Source: Tubiluchus corallicola
Lineage: Eukaryota; Animalia; Priapulida
Length of the DNA stretch: 64,000 bases
NCBI GenBank assembly: GCA_030141605.1
Contig: JAQGDQ010000481.1
Span: 107,565-171,564 of the forward strand
Reading direction: 5' to 3'
Shown: one piece after another, positions 51,891-64,000 of the stretch
How the letters are laid out: the number at the start of each line of letters is the position of its first letter
Numbering within the stretch: the first letter of the stretch is position 1
Notes under the pieces: generated by a model
What the model was told of the DNA's origin: nothing
The model's input: the letters and a program-made list of their open reading frames with translations, nothing else
Database searches by the model: none
Translations under genes and position numbers: made by a program

Positions 51891-52262
51891 GGTTAAAAAA
51901 TTAACCAATTCTAGCGCTGTGTCGGATGGGCTGAAAAGTTGTTGATTACAATTTTCCAAAGCAAATTCTTCGACTTACTTGTTTTAAATAAATTTTCATT
52001 GAACAGTGAGCACAAAATCCCAAAAAAATTAACACCCTACAAACTTCCCTTGTAACGTTGTGCAAAGTTATATTAATTAGCATCGCGTTTACCTGTTTGA
52101 AAGACTCATGTAAGTAGAAAATTTTGCAATATTGGTTCTGCAGAAACTGAGTTGGTAATCATCATAGCGAGTATTATGTGATTTGACATTCTTAATTACA
52201 GGATTCTTGAAATATGCAGGGAATAGGCCATTGTTAGTCTTATAAACAAAAATTAAAATTAA

Positions 52263-52720
52263 CCCTTTCATGTCCGTTGTATCCCGTGGGATACGAGAAT
52301 ATTTTCTACCTTTAAAATTAATAAAATTTTAAAACTGACAGTCATTTGATCTGTTAATAGTTATTTTGATTTAAGCCAATAACAATAGACTAAAATGGTG
52401 ATAAAATGGCAAACTAGAAAATCTACATTGCATAAAAAACTGCGCAAGGTACAGTACTTTAGAGATGACTTTGTACAGATCAGCATAGCATGCATACTAA
52501 ATGTCTTAAATACTTTAAAAAATTATCGGCAGTTGGAAAATGAAGCACATTTGATGCTTCCATTGAATCCCAATGTATCCCGTGGGATACAGGCTATATT
52601 TAGCACGCGGGCACAGGTAGAAAAAAAATAATTATTATGTGTAAACAAGATGGACATACTGAACAAAAGTACCAAGCCAAAAATTTCTTCTTATTAAAAA
52701 ATAATTTGGGATTGAAAGGG
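52263..52720. mobile_element. piggyBac-like MITE, family A (mirror of 50193-50650)
   Basis: TTAA-flanked, same TIRs. Confidence 0.85.
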
Positions 52721-54734
52721 TTAAGACGTGTTTACCTCTTGACAACAAATGTTATTTTTGAAATTTAATAACAATTTATTGCAGTACACTCTACTATTTA
52801 TACACATACGTAGAATGTATTGGAAGCTGAGCTACAATTACAACAATAAAAACACTTCGTCAACTGATCATATAATTGCCTCATGATTTATTAACGACGA
52901 CCCTGGCTAACTGCTGATAATAACAGTCCTCCCCCGGGGGCGACCCACCACGGGAAGAGGTGACATCACTCAATTGTCGCGTGATTAACGATCGGCAAGA
53001 AGAAGAAACTAATACAAAGCGATGCTACAGGTGTCAACAGCTAATAGAGACGAATGGGGAGGCTGAGGTGATTAACTTAATCAATGTTTAATTATTAAGC
53101 CTCCCGCTGATGCGGTACCAGGTCAAGTAATTGACAGCAAGTGAGAAATTGTGAAACTCCTCTTTTGATTAACACCACTTCCGATATGGCTTCATTTATG
53201 TAAGCAAAAAAGTAATATGGCTTGCATTTCCGGGACGAATACAAACAGAAGGTAAGCATTGCTGAATCTGTCTAGCAAATTGGTGGTTGTATGCATTGAA
53301 AACTGCCTGTGGGTGTTTTTGTGCATGCGTCATACTGCCCTGGTGTGTTACGGATGTGAAACAAACTTTGTTCAACAGTTCGCGGAATATTTTTGCTGTT
53401 GAAAATTGTGTTAGTTTGTGATGTCATCAATAGTTGGGCTCGCCTGCCGTTAATTAAGTTTTTAATATAATATTTAATTATCAAGACTCTTTTGCACTAT
53501 TAATTGTGTTAAAATGTATACTTTTTATCGGATTTGAAAATGGCGTAGTATATAAAAAAAATCTTCGTGGCTTCCTTTAATTGTGTAGTACCTTTTTAAG
53601 ACGTTTCAACAATTGTTACGGTGCTACCATACGTTTGAGAATTGACAGTGTCAGTATTTCAGAAATCTCAGTCAGTAAACATCTCAGTCAGTAAACATCG
53701 CTGCACTTAAACAATATTAAATCATCTAGTGTTAAACCATCAAAACCATCTCATCGCCAGAGATTGACATTGTCCTCAGCCTCCTCATCTAATTGCTTCG
53801 CTGGAGAAGTGGCGGGTTTGCCAATCTATCAATGCTCCTATACGAGATTAAAGCAAATGGATGACGTCATTATCATTACCATGAAAATGTCCCTCTAAGA
53901 TTAACATTCCGGATAACCTGGGAGTTTACTGTCATTGCAGTCATCAACGTCACTGGAATCTTCCCGACATTTTATCGCTATCAAAACTCTGGCAAGGTGA
54001 TATTTCTTCGATCAATGGGTCATGTCGGAAAATCTGCTTTAAACCAAGCCTGGCTTCTTTAGTGGCCTTACAATATTGTTTAGATCGTATGCTTCGTTCA
54101 TGCATGTGTAATCATGCGTTTAGTTAACCTTGCCTATAAAAAGGAAGAGTCACCGCTGACTGGGGACCCCCTATCAGCAGGTACCATAAAAGGTGGTCCC
54201 CTTTTTCGTATATAGGCCTATATGTGTGATTATTTAAAGTGCTATGAATTATGTGATTATTTTTGCTATAACTTGTAACGTAATGTAAAGTGTAACAGTT
54301 AAATTTGTTAATAAAGTGTATTATTAGTGTGGCTACAATTTATACAAATCGTTCGTTATGTTTCTCTAATGACTATGTTTGACTGGATTATTTTCACAGC
54401 ACAATTAATGCAAAATCACAGGTAAGAGCAAATCAATCAATACCCACTAAGGTTTAAGCGTAATGCAACCTTTTCACTGCCATAAATTAGACATAAATTA
54501 GTTTTAACAGTGCACCATCAGGCCAGACTCTCCCTCTCTTTAAAGCTATTTGGCATCAAATTTATTTTTTTCGATGGGTCATCAGGTGGCATTTCACAGC
54601 ATTTGTGAGTTGATGACGACGTTTCTCAGTTCCCTTTCATTTATTTACATTTATACATGCATTAAAATTGTATTAAAGAAAGAATCAGCAGGCGCATGCG
54701 CACTTACGCTGATCCTATATGATAATAATAATAG

Positions 54735-54840
<106 letters not shown>

Positions 54841-57071
54841 CTTTATTTAAAGTCAGCTTTTGGGTCAACAATTAACATTAGCTCAAAGAGCTACTATCGC
54901 CGACTGTAAATAACAACCTACAACTACATAACAGAGACTATTATTACCCCACTTTTACCCTAAATACCACGCGTCAGGCAGGGTAACAGCCAAGTCTTTG
55001 GTATGATCCGGCAGCTGGTTCGAACTCACGACCTCCCAGACGGAAAGCAGACGCGTTATCGCTAGACTAAACCGTCTGGTCCTGCGATATAAAGATACAA
55101 AAGATAAAAATAAATTAATAAATACGATACCCTGAAATTGAGTATCTCTCATTAAAAAACTATGAATAAAATGCAATTAAATATGAATTATATGTTATAT
55201 ACATCACGAATTATATACAAAACGTTTTATACAAGAGTACGGTTTGGAAAGAACCAATTACGCCAATGACAATATCACGTGTTCCGGATTAAATTGCAAT
55301 AAGACAGTAAATTAAGATTAGCTAATCTTTTAGTGAAAACTGACAAACTGATAGCGAGCAGTACATGAGAATCTAGAGCATTCCAAATGTTTACAACTGT
55401 GTTACCAAATGGAAATTTTGATAAGTTTAATCTCGAAAAAGTCGTAAACAGTTTAAAGTTGTGACCATGTGATTGGTTGAAGCATGCTGGAAAAAATCAT
55501 CAAAACTTAAACCCACTATTTTATGACAACTTTTGTATATCATCTTAAGATCGCAGACAAGAAGTTTTAATTCGAGTGACTGCAATTTTGTTCCGACAGT
55601 CTGTCTAAGTAAGAAACACAATTAAATATTAGTAATACTGTGGTGGTGGTGATGGTGGCAGTGGTGGTGATGGTGGTAGTGGTGGTGGTGGCAGTGGTGG
55701 TGATGGTGGTAGTGGTGGTGGTGGCAATGGTGGTGGTAGCAGTGGTTGTGGTGGCAATGGTGGTGGTAGAGGTGGTGGTGGCAATGGTGGTGATGGTAGT
55801 GGTGGTGGTGACAATGGTGGTGATGGTAGTGGTGGTGGTGACAATGGTGGTGGTGGTGATGGTAGTGGTGGTGGTGGCAGAGGTTGTGGTGGTGGTAGTG
55901 GTGGTGATGGTGGTAGTGGTGGCGGTGGAGTGGTAGTGGTGGTGGCAATGGTGGTGGTGGTGGCAGTGGTTGTGGTGGCAGTGGTGGTGGTGGTGGCAGT
56001 GGTTGTGGTGGCAGTGGCTGAGGTAATAAAATTTCAAATTTCTGTTGTGCTAACGTTTAAAAAACAATGGTGTTCTCTTTGAATATTTTATACATTAGAT
56101 TACTGTAGGTATAATTTAAAATTTGGTTATGTTTCCCTTTAACGATCAATAAATTTCGAAGTATTTTTACAAAACTAGCAAGAAAGTGATTATTCATACC
56201 ATAATTAAAATGCATCATGAAATTCAGGGAAAGACTAGCGCCATTTCTTCAGTATTTCCTTGCTGTTTTCTAATTTGTGAAACGTCAGATAATCTGTGAA
56301 GATCGTTTAGAACTCGTCCCTAAGCGTCGCTTCCACAAACCACCGTCGGTTATTATCTACTAAATTGCATCATTTGACATGTTCTGGTCTAGGAAAAGGT
56401 GCTGCAGTCTGCGAGTTATTGCATTAGGAAGAGTTTACGCCACCATTACTGACAGCCAATGACTTAGGACAGTAAGAGAAATGTGTAGGATGAGGTCATC
56501 TGACCTTAATCATTGTCCAATAGCTTGTAACGAAGAAAGGAGACGTACTTCTTTGTATATGGCACCTTATTTTGGGTGAATATGAGTTGTCAGACACATT
56601 TTTTGATTGACGCCCTCTGGCGATAAAAAATATTACATTTTTTTTATTGTTGAAACAACACCACGTTCATTCAAACTTCAATTTGCAACTGTTCAAAAGA
56701 CATTTGAGATTAGAATTTTATCTTAAAACTTGCCTAGTTTTAGTACAACACACTGAATATCTTACAGTAGCACTGTACTTCAATTTTCGCTTTCGCAAAC
56801 ACGTGCAACACGCTCATGGAATATTTCTGCTATTTAAGATTATGTTAGTTTGTGATGTCATCAATAGTTGGGCACTGTACTTCGATTTTCTCTAGTCTTG
56901 CATCTAACTAAGTTAGTTTCTACGCAGAATACGCCTGCATGTCAATTATTGCCTCTCATCATGATCATAGTCATCATCATCATCATCATCATCATCACCA
57001 CCACCACCACCACATCATCATTATCATCGTCATCATCATCATCATCATCATCATCATCACCACCACCATCA

Positions 57072-57102
<31 letters not shown>

Positions 57103-57178
57103 GTCATCATCATCATCACCATCATCACCATCATCACCACCACCACCACCACCAACACCACTACCACCACCAACACCA

Positions 57179-57234
<56 letters not shown>

Positions 57235-60200
57235 CCGCCATCATCATCATCATCATCGCCACCACCACCAACCACCACCACCACCGCATCATCATCATCA
57301 CCATCATCATCACCATCATCGCCACCACCACCACAGCATCATCATCATCATCATCATCATCATCATTGCCATCATCATCATCATAATGATTACATCATAT
57401 GATTTTGCGGTACTCGCATTCTGTTAAAATTCATAAAATCTTCGTTAAGAACGTCACAACCATGGCGACAAGTAGAGAGCAAATTCCCCCCGGAAATCTT
57501 CATTACCGCCGCTTTGTTTCAGCGTCTCTAAGTCGTTAACTCTTTCCTTAGCGAGGCAATTACCTGACTGAAGCCAAGATGAAGCTCAAGATGTGTTTGA
57601 AGGGACGGAAGCCAACGTTGTTATTAGCTTACGCGGGCCGAGAATAGCGACGAGACAGAGAAAAGATAAGAAGAGAAGAAAGAAGAAAAATAAAGGAACA
57701 GCTAACTAAATATCAAGCAAAAACACAGGCGAAAATCAAAAGCCGAGGAAAAGAATTAAAAAAAGGAGAAACAAGTGACGGAAAAAACACAAGAAACAAG
57801 GAAGAAAGAATGAATGAAGAAAGAAGTAACAGAGAAAAGAATAACGAACGAAAGAACAACAGAAAATAAAATTGAGTAAACAATAGAAAAAAGAAAGAAA
57901 AATTGGAAAGAAATTTCAAAAAACGAACTGAGAAGACAAACGTTTATGAAGGAAGAAAAAAGCAGACAAAGAAAGAAATGAATGAAAAATGAAGTAACAA
58001 AGAAAAGAATAAATAGAGTGGATCAAAGAAAGAAAGAAAGAATGAATGAATGGACAAACGAACGAACGAATGAGTGAGCGAATGAATGAACAAACGAGCG
58101 ACGAACGTACTAGTAAATGAACGAATAAATTAATGAATAGAAAACCGAACTAGTGAAAGAACGAGTGAATGAATGAATGGATGAGTGAATGAATAAACAA
58201 ACGAACTACTAACGTCCGAACGAGTAAATGATTGAATGAATGAATGAACGAATGAATGAATCGATGCGCGAACGAATGATTGAATGAACGAATAAAGATT
58301 TAACCAAACGAACAAATAAATGTAGAACGAATGGATCCATCTGAGCTAGTGTGTCTGAAGGGATGGCTGAGAAGAACAGAACTGGCAACACTGCACAGCA
58401 GAATTGCCATCCATAATGTTATTCATAGTTTTGCAGCGATGTGTATTACCACAGCTAATCCTACATTATACACGATACATATCAGCGAATGGTAGGCTTT
58501 AGACAGAGGGATTTAAAAGCAGCGGCAACTCCAGACATCGATGGTTTTAAACCAAACTTCCAAACTCTCACAACAGAACATTTCCGTGGCACGAAATCGC
58601 GAAAATCTTGACAAAGGCAAAAGTTACGTACTCTGGGCAGCGTTAAATTACTTCTTTATTTTCATTTTTTGCCCATAGAAGGCGCTTTATTACGCGGGCT
58701 GGACTCACCACGTGGATTTCGCAAACGGTGGAAACAAATCTTAGAGGATTAAACATGGCTGTGCAGCAGCTGCGACTGTGTGCTTGATTCTTTGTTTTGT
58801 TGATTTACTGTGAAATTTTGTATATAATTAGCCTGTACCACGCGTCCCGAAAATGTAGAGAATGAAGAACAATTTTAATTCAAACTTTGTTTATTTTAAG
58901 TGGATCGACGTACAGTAATATTACTAATCAAACTTTTTCCACTATGCAACAAATACATTTTAGTTGAGAATGTATGATATATATATATATATAATATATA
59001 ATATATATAATATAATATATATAATATTTATATATAATATATATAAATATAATATATAATAATCTTTATTTGCCATAAAAAATCGATATTCATAACTATA
59101 AAAACATAAAAGAACATCGCATCACGAGAATAAAATTCACACAACTGTTAAAGGCAAATGCGTCCAGTGCAAACTAAACACTACTGTGCCGAAAATTTAA
59201 AACAAAATATACATTATAATGTTACACGCAAATTATAATAGACTGTATACAATATATATACAATTTAAAATGGACGTGGGTAAATAAAATTTGCGGATGA
59301 ATGTATATTATCGTTTACGTATGTAGGGTTTTCAAAACGATTTAATATATGTATTTTTAATTTTGATTTGAATTCGTAGAAAGACTTGATTTGTTTTAAA
59401 TTTGATGGTAGGGTATTCCAAAGTTGAACTCCTTGTTTAATGATAGAATTGTTGCTGTATTTGTTATTAGTGCGTATTTGTTTAATATTGTGTGTTCTTG
59501 GATTTAATGTTGGCTCCAAGAGGAGTGGAAGCTTATTTTTGATGAAGGGCGTGTTAATATTGTTGATGCATTTATATAAAAACAGGACCAGTAACAATAG
59601 CAACATCAACAACAATAGCCACACCAATAACAATAGCAACACCACTAACAATAGCAACATCAACAACAATAACCACACCAATAACAATAGCAACACCAAC
59701 AACAATAACCACATCAACAGCAATAGCAACACCAACAACAATAGCCACACCACTAACAATAGCAACACCAACAACAATAGCAACACCACTAACAATAGCA
59801 ACACCAACAACAATAGCCAAACCAACAACAATAGTAACATCAATAACAATAGCAACACCAACAATAATAGCCACACCAATAACAATAACAACACCAACAA
59901 CAATAGCCGCACCAATAACAATAACAACACCAACAACAATAGCAACACCAACAACAATAGCCACACCAATAGCAATAGCAACACCAACAACAATAGCAAC
60001 ACCAACAACAATAGCCGCACCAATAACAATAACAACACTAACAACAATAGGAGAGGCAGCATTAGCAATAGCAGTCACGGCAATGACCTTGTACTGATAA
60101 TGTCGCGAGGAAAATTATTTATATTTGAACGAATTCGCCAAGTCAATTACAATAGCTGCTCTCTCAGTTGTCGTCATAGTCATCATTTAGTTGCTGCCAT

Positions 60201-61484
60201 ATTAGCTACATGATTGCTGTAGAGATATGTATTAAATTGTCCAGTTTGTGTTACTGGACTAATAGTCCACTAATAACTGGTCATTTCTTCTCCTCTTTTC
60301 CTTCTTCCTATCCCTAATCTTACTATTTTTTCCATGCCATCATGTCTACTAACCCTAACCATTCTTTCATTCACTCATCCTCCCCTCCCTTCCTTCTTCC
60401 TATCCCTAATCTTACTATTTTTTCCATGCCATCATGTCTACTAACCCTAACCATTCTTTCATTCACTCATCCTCACCTCCCTTCCTTCTTCCTATCCCTA
60501 ATCTTACTATTTTTTCCATGCCATCATGTCTACTAACCCTAACCATTCTTTCATTCACTCATCCTCTCCTCTCTTCCTTCTTCCTATCCCTAATCTTACT
60601 ATTTTTTCCATTCCATCATGTCTAGTAACCCTAACCATTCTTTCATTCACTCATTTCTGCCACCTTAACAAGCCAAGCTTTCAAGGTGTCATACAGCAAC
60701 TCTTTTATTTGGTTAATTTGACTTCATCAACGTTTGTTTACCTATACTATTTGTTTTTGTTTCAATAATATTGTATGTTGATGTATTGTATATGTATTGC
60801 TTGGAGTGAAATAAATTGATTAATTGAACAAACAATGCATATTGATCAGTTATCTATTTATTTATTGATTTTTCACCACAAAAAGTACAGTTTCTCTATT
60901 AAAATACTATCACATCCACCACCACTAGGGGGCAGGCTCACTAAAAATTGGCCATTTTAAGGGCTAAAAATTTCGAAACTATTGTTAAGTCAAATACTCT
61001 GTTTACTTGTTGATGAGATTTTACGAAATTATTTTCAAGTGACTCTAAATCCCTCAATATTATGCTCTTTCAAGAACATAAACCCCTAATACCTACTTCA
61101 TCCGCCAGGGGATTGCTTGGAAATCCTCATAGCGTTGACGATCCGCTGCTTCCAAATTTGAAAAACGAGATAAAAGATTTCGTTATCCACCTCTTTTATT
61201 CTCTTATCCCCTCACTTTCATTCGTCTATCCGCCTCTTCCATTTTATTCACTTCCCATCAATGAACGCTGCGTCAATTGGACGGCGGGAAGTGCAGGAAA
61301 AATCCCAGGGATTTCCGAGTTTAATGTATCAGTCAGTGGAAGATTTGAATGCTATTATGGAAAGAAACTGTGAGATTTGTACAAAATCTGGAATAATCTT
61401 TGGTTTTTATTAATATTCATCTGTGCAAAATCCCAGACATCATCAAAGTATCAGTAATAATATAAAAGTATATTGGAGAATCCC

Positions 61485-61549
<65 letters not shown>

Positions 61550-61583
61550 TCTCCTTCTCTCTCTCTCTGTCTCTCACTCTCTC

Positions 61584-61619
<36 letters not shown>

Positions 61620-61663
61620 ACTCACTCTTTTTCTCTCTTTGTCTGTCTGTCTCTCTCTTTTTC

Positions 61664-61698
<35 letters not shown>

Positions 61699-63033
61699 CC
61701 TCTCTCCTTCTCTCTCTTTCTGTCTCTGACTCTCTCTGTTTCTCTCTCTCTCTCTGTCTCTCTCTCTCTCTCTCACTCACTCACTCTTTTTCTCTCTTTG
61801 TCTGTCTGTCTCTCTCTTTTTCATTTTTTCTCTCTCTCTCTCTGTTTCTTTTTACCCTGTCAATTTTTCTGCAATTAGAGGGGTTTACGTTGTGTAAACA
61901 TAATGTAATATAAAAGATTTATTTATTTATTTCTCTCTTTCTCCCCTTCCCTCTTTCTCTTTTTTTCCTACTCGCTTTTCTCTCTCTCTCTCTCTCTCTT
62001 TCTCCTTCTCTTCGTCTTTCTCCTTGACTTTATCTCTATCCCTCTCTTTCTTTCTCTCTGATCTCTTTCTCTCCCTCTTCTTTTCCCACTCACTTTTTTC
62101 TCTTTATCTCCGAGGAAAATCGGAAGAAGTTTCACTACATTTTAGACAACGTGGACATTAGAACGCTTTCATGGGAAAGAGTGTGTAGGTACGTCTTTTA
62201 TTTTCTTCTTCTTTTTCTTCAGTCTTACTCCATCTCACTCTCATAGACGCTGGGGCATTAACATTTACTAGAGTATTCCACCCAATTTTCCCTGCAGGTA
62301 ACAGAGTAAGTTCTCCCACTTCTAAAGATAGATTTGGTTAAAGTTGTTGAACATCTTTATTTATCTTAGCTATCCAAAGTTGTTTTTGGTTTGTCAGGTG
62401 GTTTTTTGCAAGGTTTTAAGGCTAGGATTAAAGCGATTATTACAGGTGCTTCATTTGGTAATTTTACAAGATGTCCTAGCCATCTTAATCTTCAGTCTTG
62501 ACTTTTGAAACTTCTGGTGTATAAATCTTCGTTATCGATTATGTATGGCCATCTTATCTTTAAAACTTTCCTTAGAAGTTTTAGAGCTTTTTGCATTAAC
62601 TCAGTTAAAATTCTCTTTGGTAACAGCCATTTTCTACAAGAAATTTATATTTTTAATGCTACTAAAATGTAAAAGAAACCAAGCAGCTCAATAGTAATAG
62701 TCAATAGTAGCTATCCATTAAAACACACGCGTGATATATACACATAATATTAGGTATAAAAGCGTGGGAACGTATTACTGGTGATAAATGACCACCTTGC
62801 GACATCTGGCGTTAAATTTTTCAGGAAAACGGTCACTACAATTTAGTAGTCGAAACGAATGATAGATGGCAGGCCCTGCCACCGTCTGTATTTATGCAAA
62901 CTCCATTCCTGTTTTTTTAATATGCTGCCATAAAAATAGAAGTTATTATTATCCTGTTATGTGTGGCTTGGTGGTCTAGATTTTGCACTGCAAACACGCA
63001 AGTCTTGAATTCGAGTCTAGCGATTGCAAACTT

Positions 63034-63551
63034 CAGGGATGAGAATGACAAATTGCAAAAACTCTGAAACAGGCCGGGGGTTTTGGGGCCATCTAGGCCC
63101 CCAACGGGGTTCACGGGAGCCCCATTGAAGCCAGCAACAAATTGCAATTTTGTGACCATAGAGAGCCTCTAAGTTGACTTTCAATGTCAGTTACCTTGCT
63201 TCATGCATAATTTAAAATACAAAACTATCAAGGATACATGATACCTAATTGTCTCAAAAACGCCTAAGTACTGGCTGCTCCTATGCAAAAGTATATAAAA
63301 ACTGTCTGCAATTGACTCAAATAACTCCGCACAATTGATTCTATATTTTTATACATAGAGATATACACGTGGTTACACTGATGTACGTGATGTAAACAAC
63401 GTGACGGCCTGCCAACTAGCGGTCAGCTTGTGAAATAATGCACTGGGTCCGTGAAAATTTTCTCAGCGAATTTTTACAATTTACAAAAATGGCACCACTG
63501 GTCTTCCAAAAACTCGGAATTCCGTGTATCCGCGGAAAATTCTCATCCCTG
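63034..63551. mobile_element. hAT-like MITE (mirror of 39330-39847)
   Basis: CAGGGATGAG...CTCATCCCTG with AAACTT on both flanks. Confidence 0.75.
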
Positions 63552-64000
63552 AAACTTCAAGGCGTAAACACTACATGTTATTCATTATTTGGGTGTTGCG
63601 TACTTGCCTATAAGTGTAGGACGCTGAATGGCTGTTATTGCTTCGCTCTGCCTATAGTTTAAGAAAAAGAATGATTGGATCAGCAAATTTTATTATAAAC
63701 CATGTAATTATGCCACCGAACTGATATGCGATTTTATAGTAGAATATTTAGAAGATGGCATGATTTATTGATATAGTAATCGCTGGCTTCTTAACTGATG
63801 CCTTGTATTTTTTTTTAAATTATGCAATGTAATACGTGTTATGTTAGTTTTGTAATGTCAAATGTATAAATAGTGTAAATGTAATGAGTGAAATTTATGT
63901 AATGTAAAGCATGTTTCTGTTAATTGTGTCATGTCAAATGTATATATAGTGTAAAATATGTCATGTAAAATTTAATGTACTTTTGTAATATTGTTTTGTA

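Overview
AT-rich, intron-rich, microsatellite-dense animal (invertebrate-like) genomic DNA; nothing here looks prokaryotic, and nearly all long ORFs in the track come from simple repeats. I assembled two spliced + strand genes by hand. (1) The last 7 coding exons (1712-11320) of an NRF-6/acyltransferase-3 (O-acyltransferase-like) membrane protein; one exon is partly duplicated. (2) A 9-exon secreted astacin (M12A) metalloprotease, 22309-37859, about 374 codons. It has two C-terminal ShKT domains, and a third ShKT exon inserted inside the catalytic domain. It also carries an in-frame TAA, Leu in place of the Met-turn Met, and a 107-bp tandem array that copies a splice donor 12 times. From 38881 to the window end is a near-perfect inverted duplication: arms of at least 11.9 kb (38881-50791 and 52122-64000) around a 1.33-kb spacer. 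MITEs (piggyBac-, Tc1/mariner-, Kolobok-, hAT- and Harbinger-like), LINE 3' fragments, a tRNA-derived SINE and many mini/microsatellites fill the rest. All calls come from reading the sequence by eye; no database search was run.
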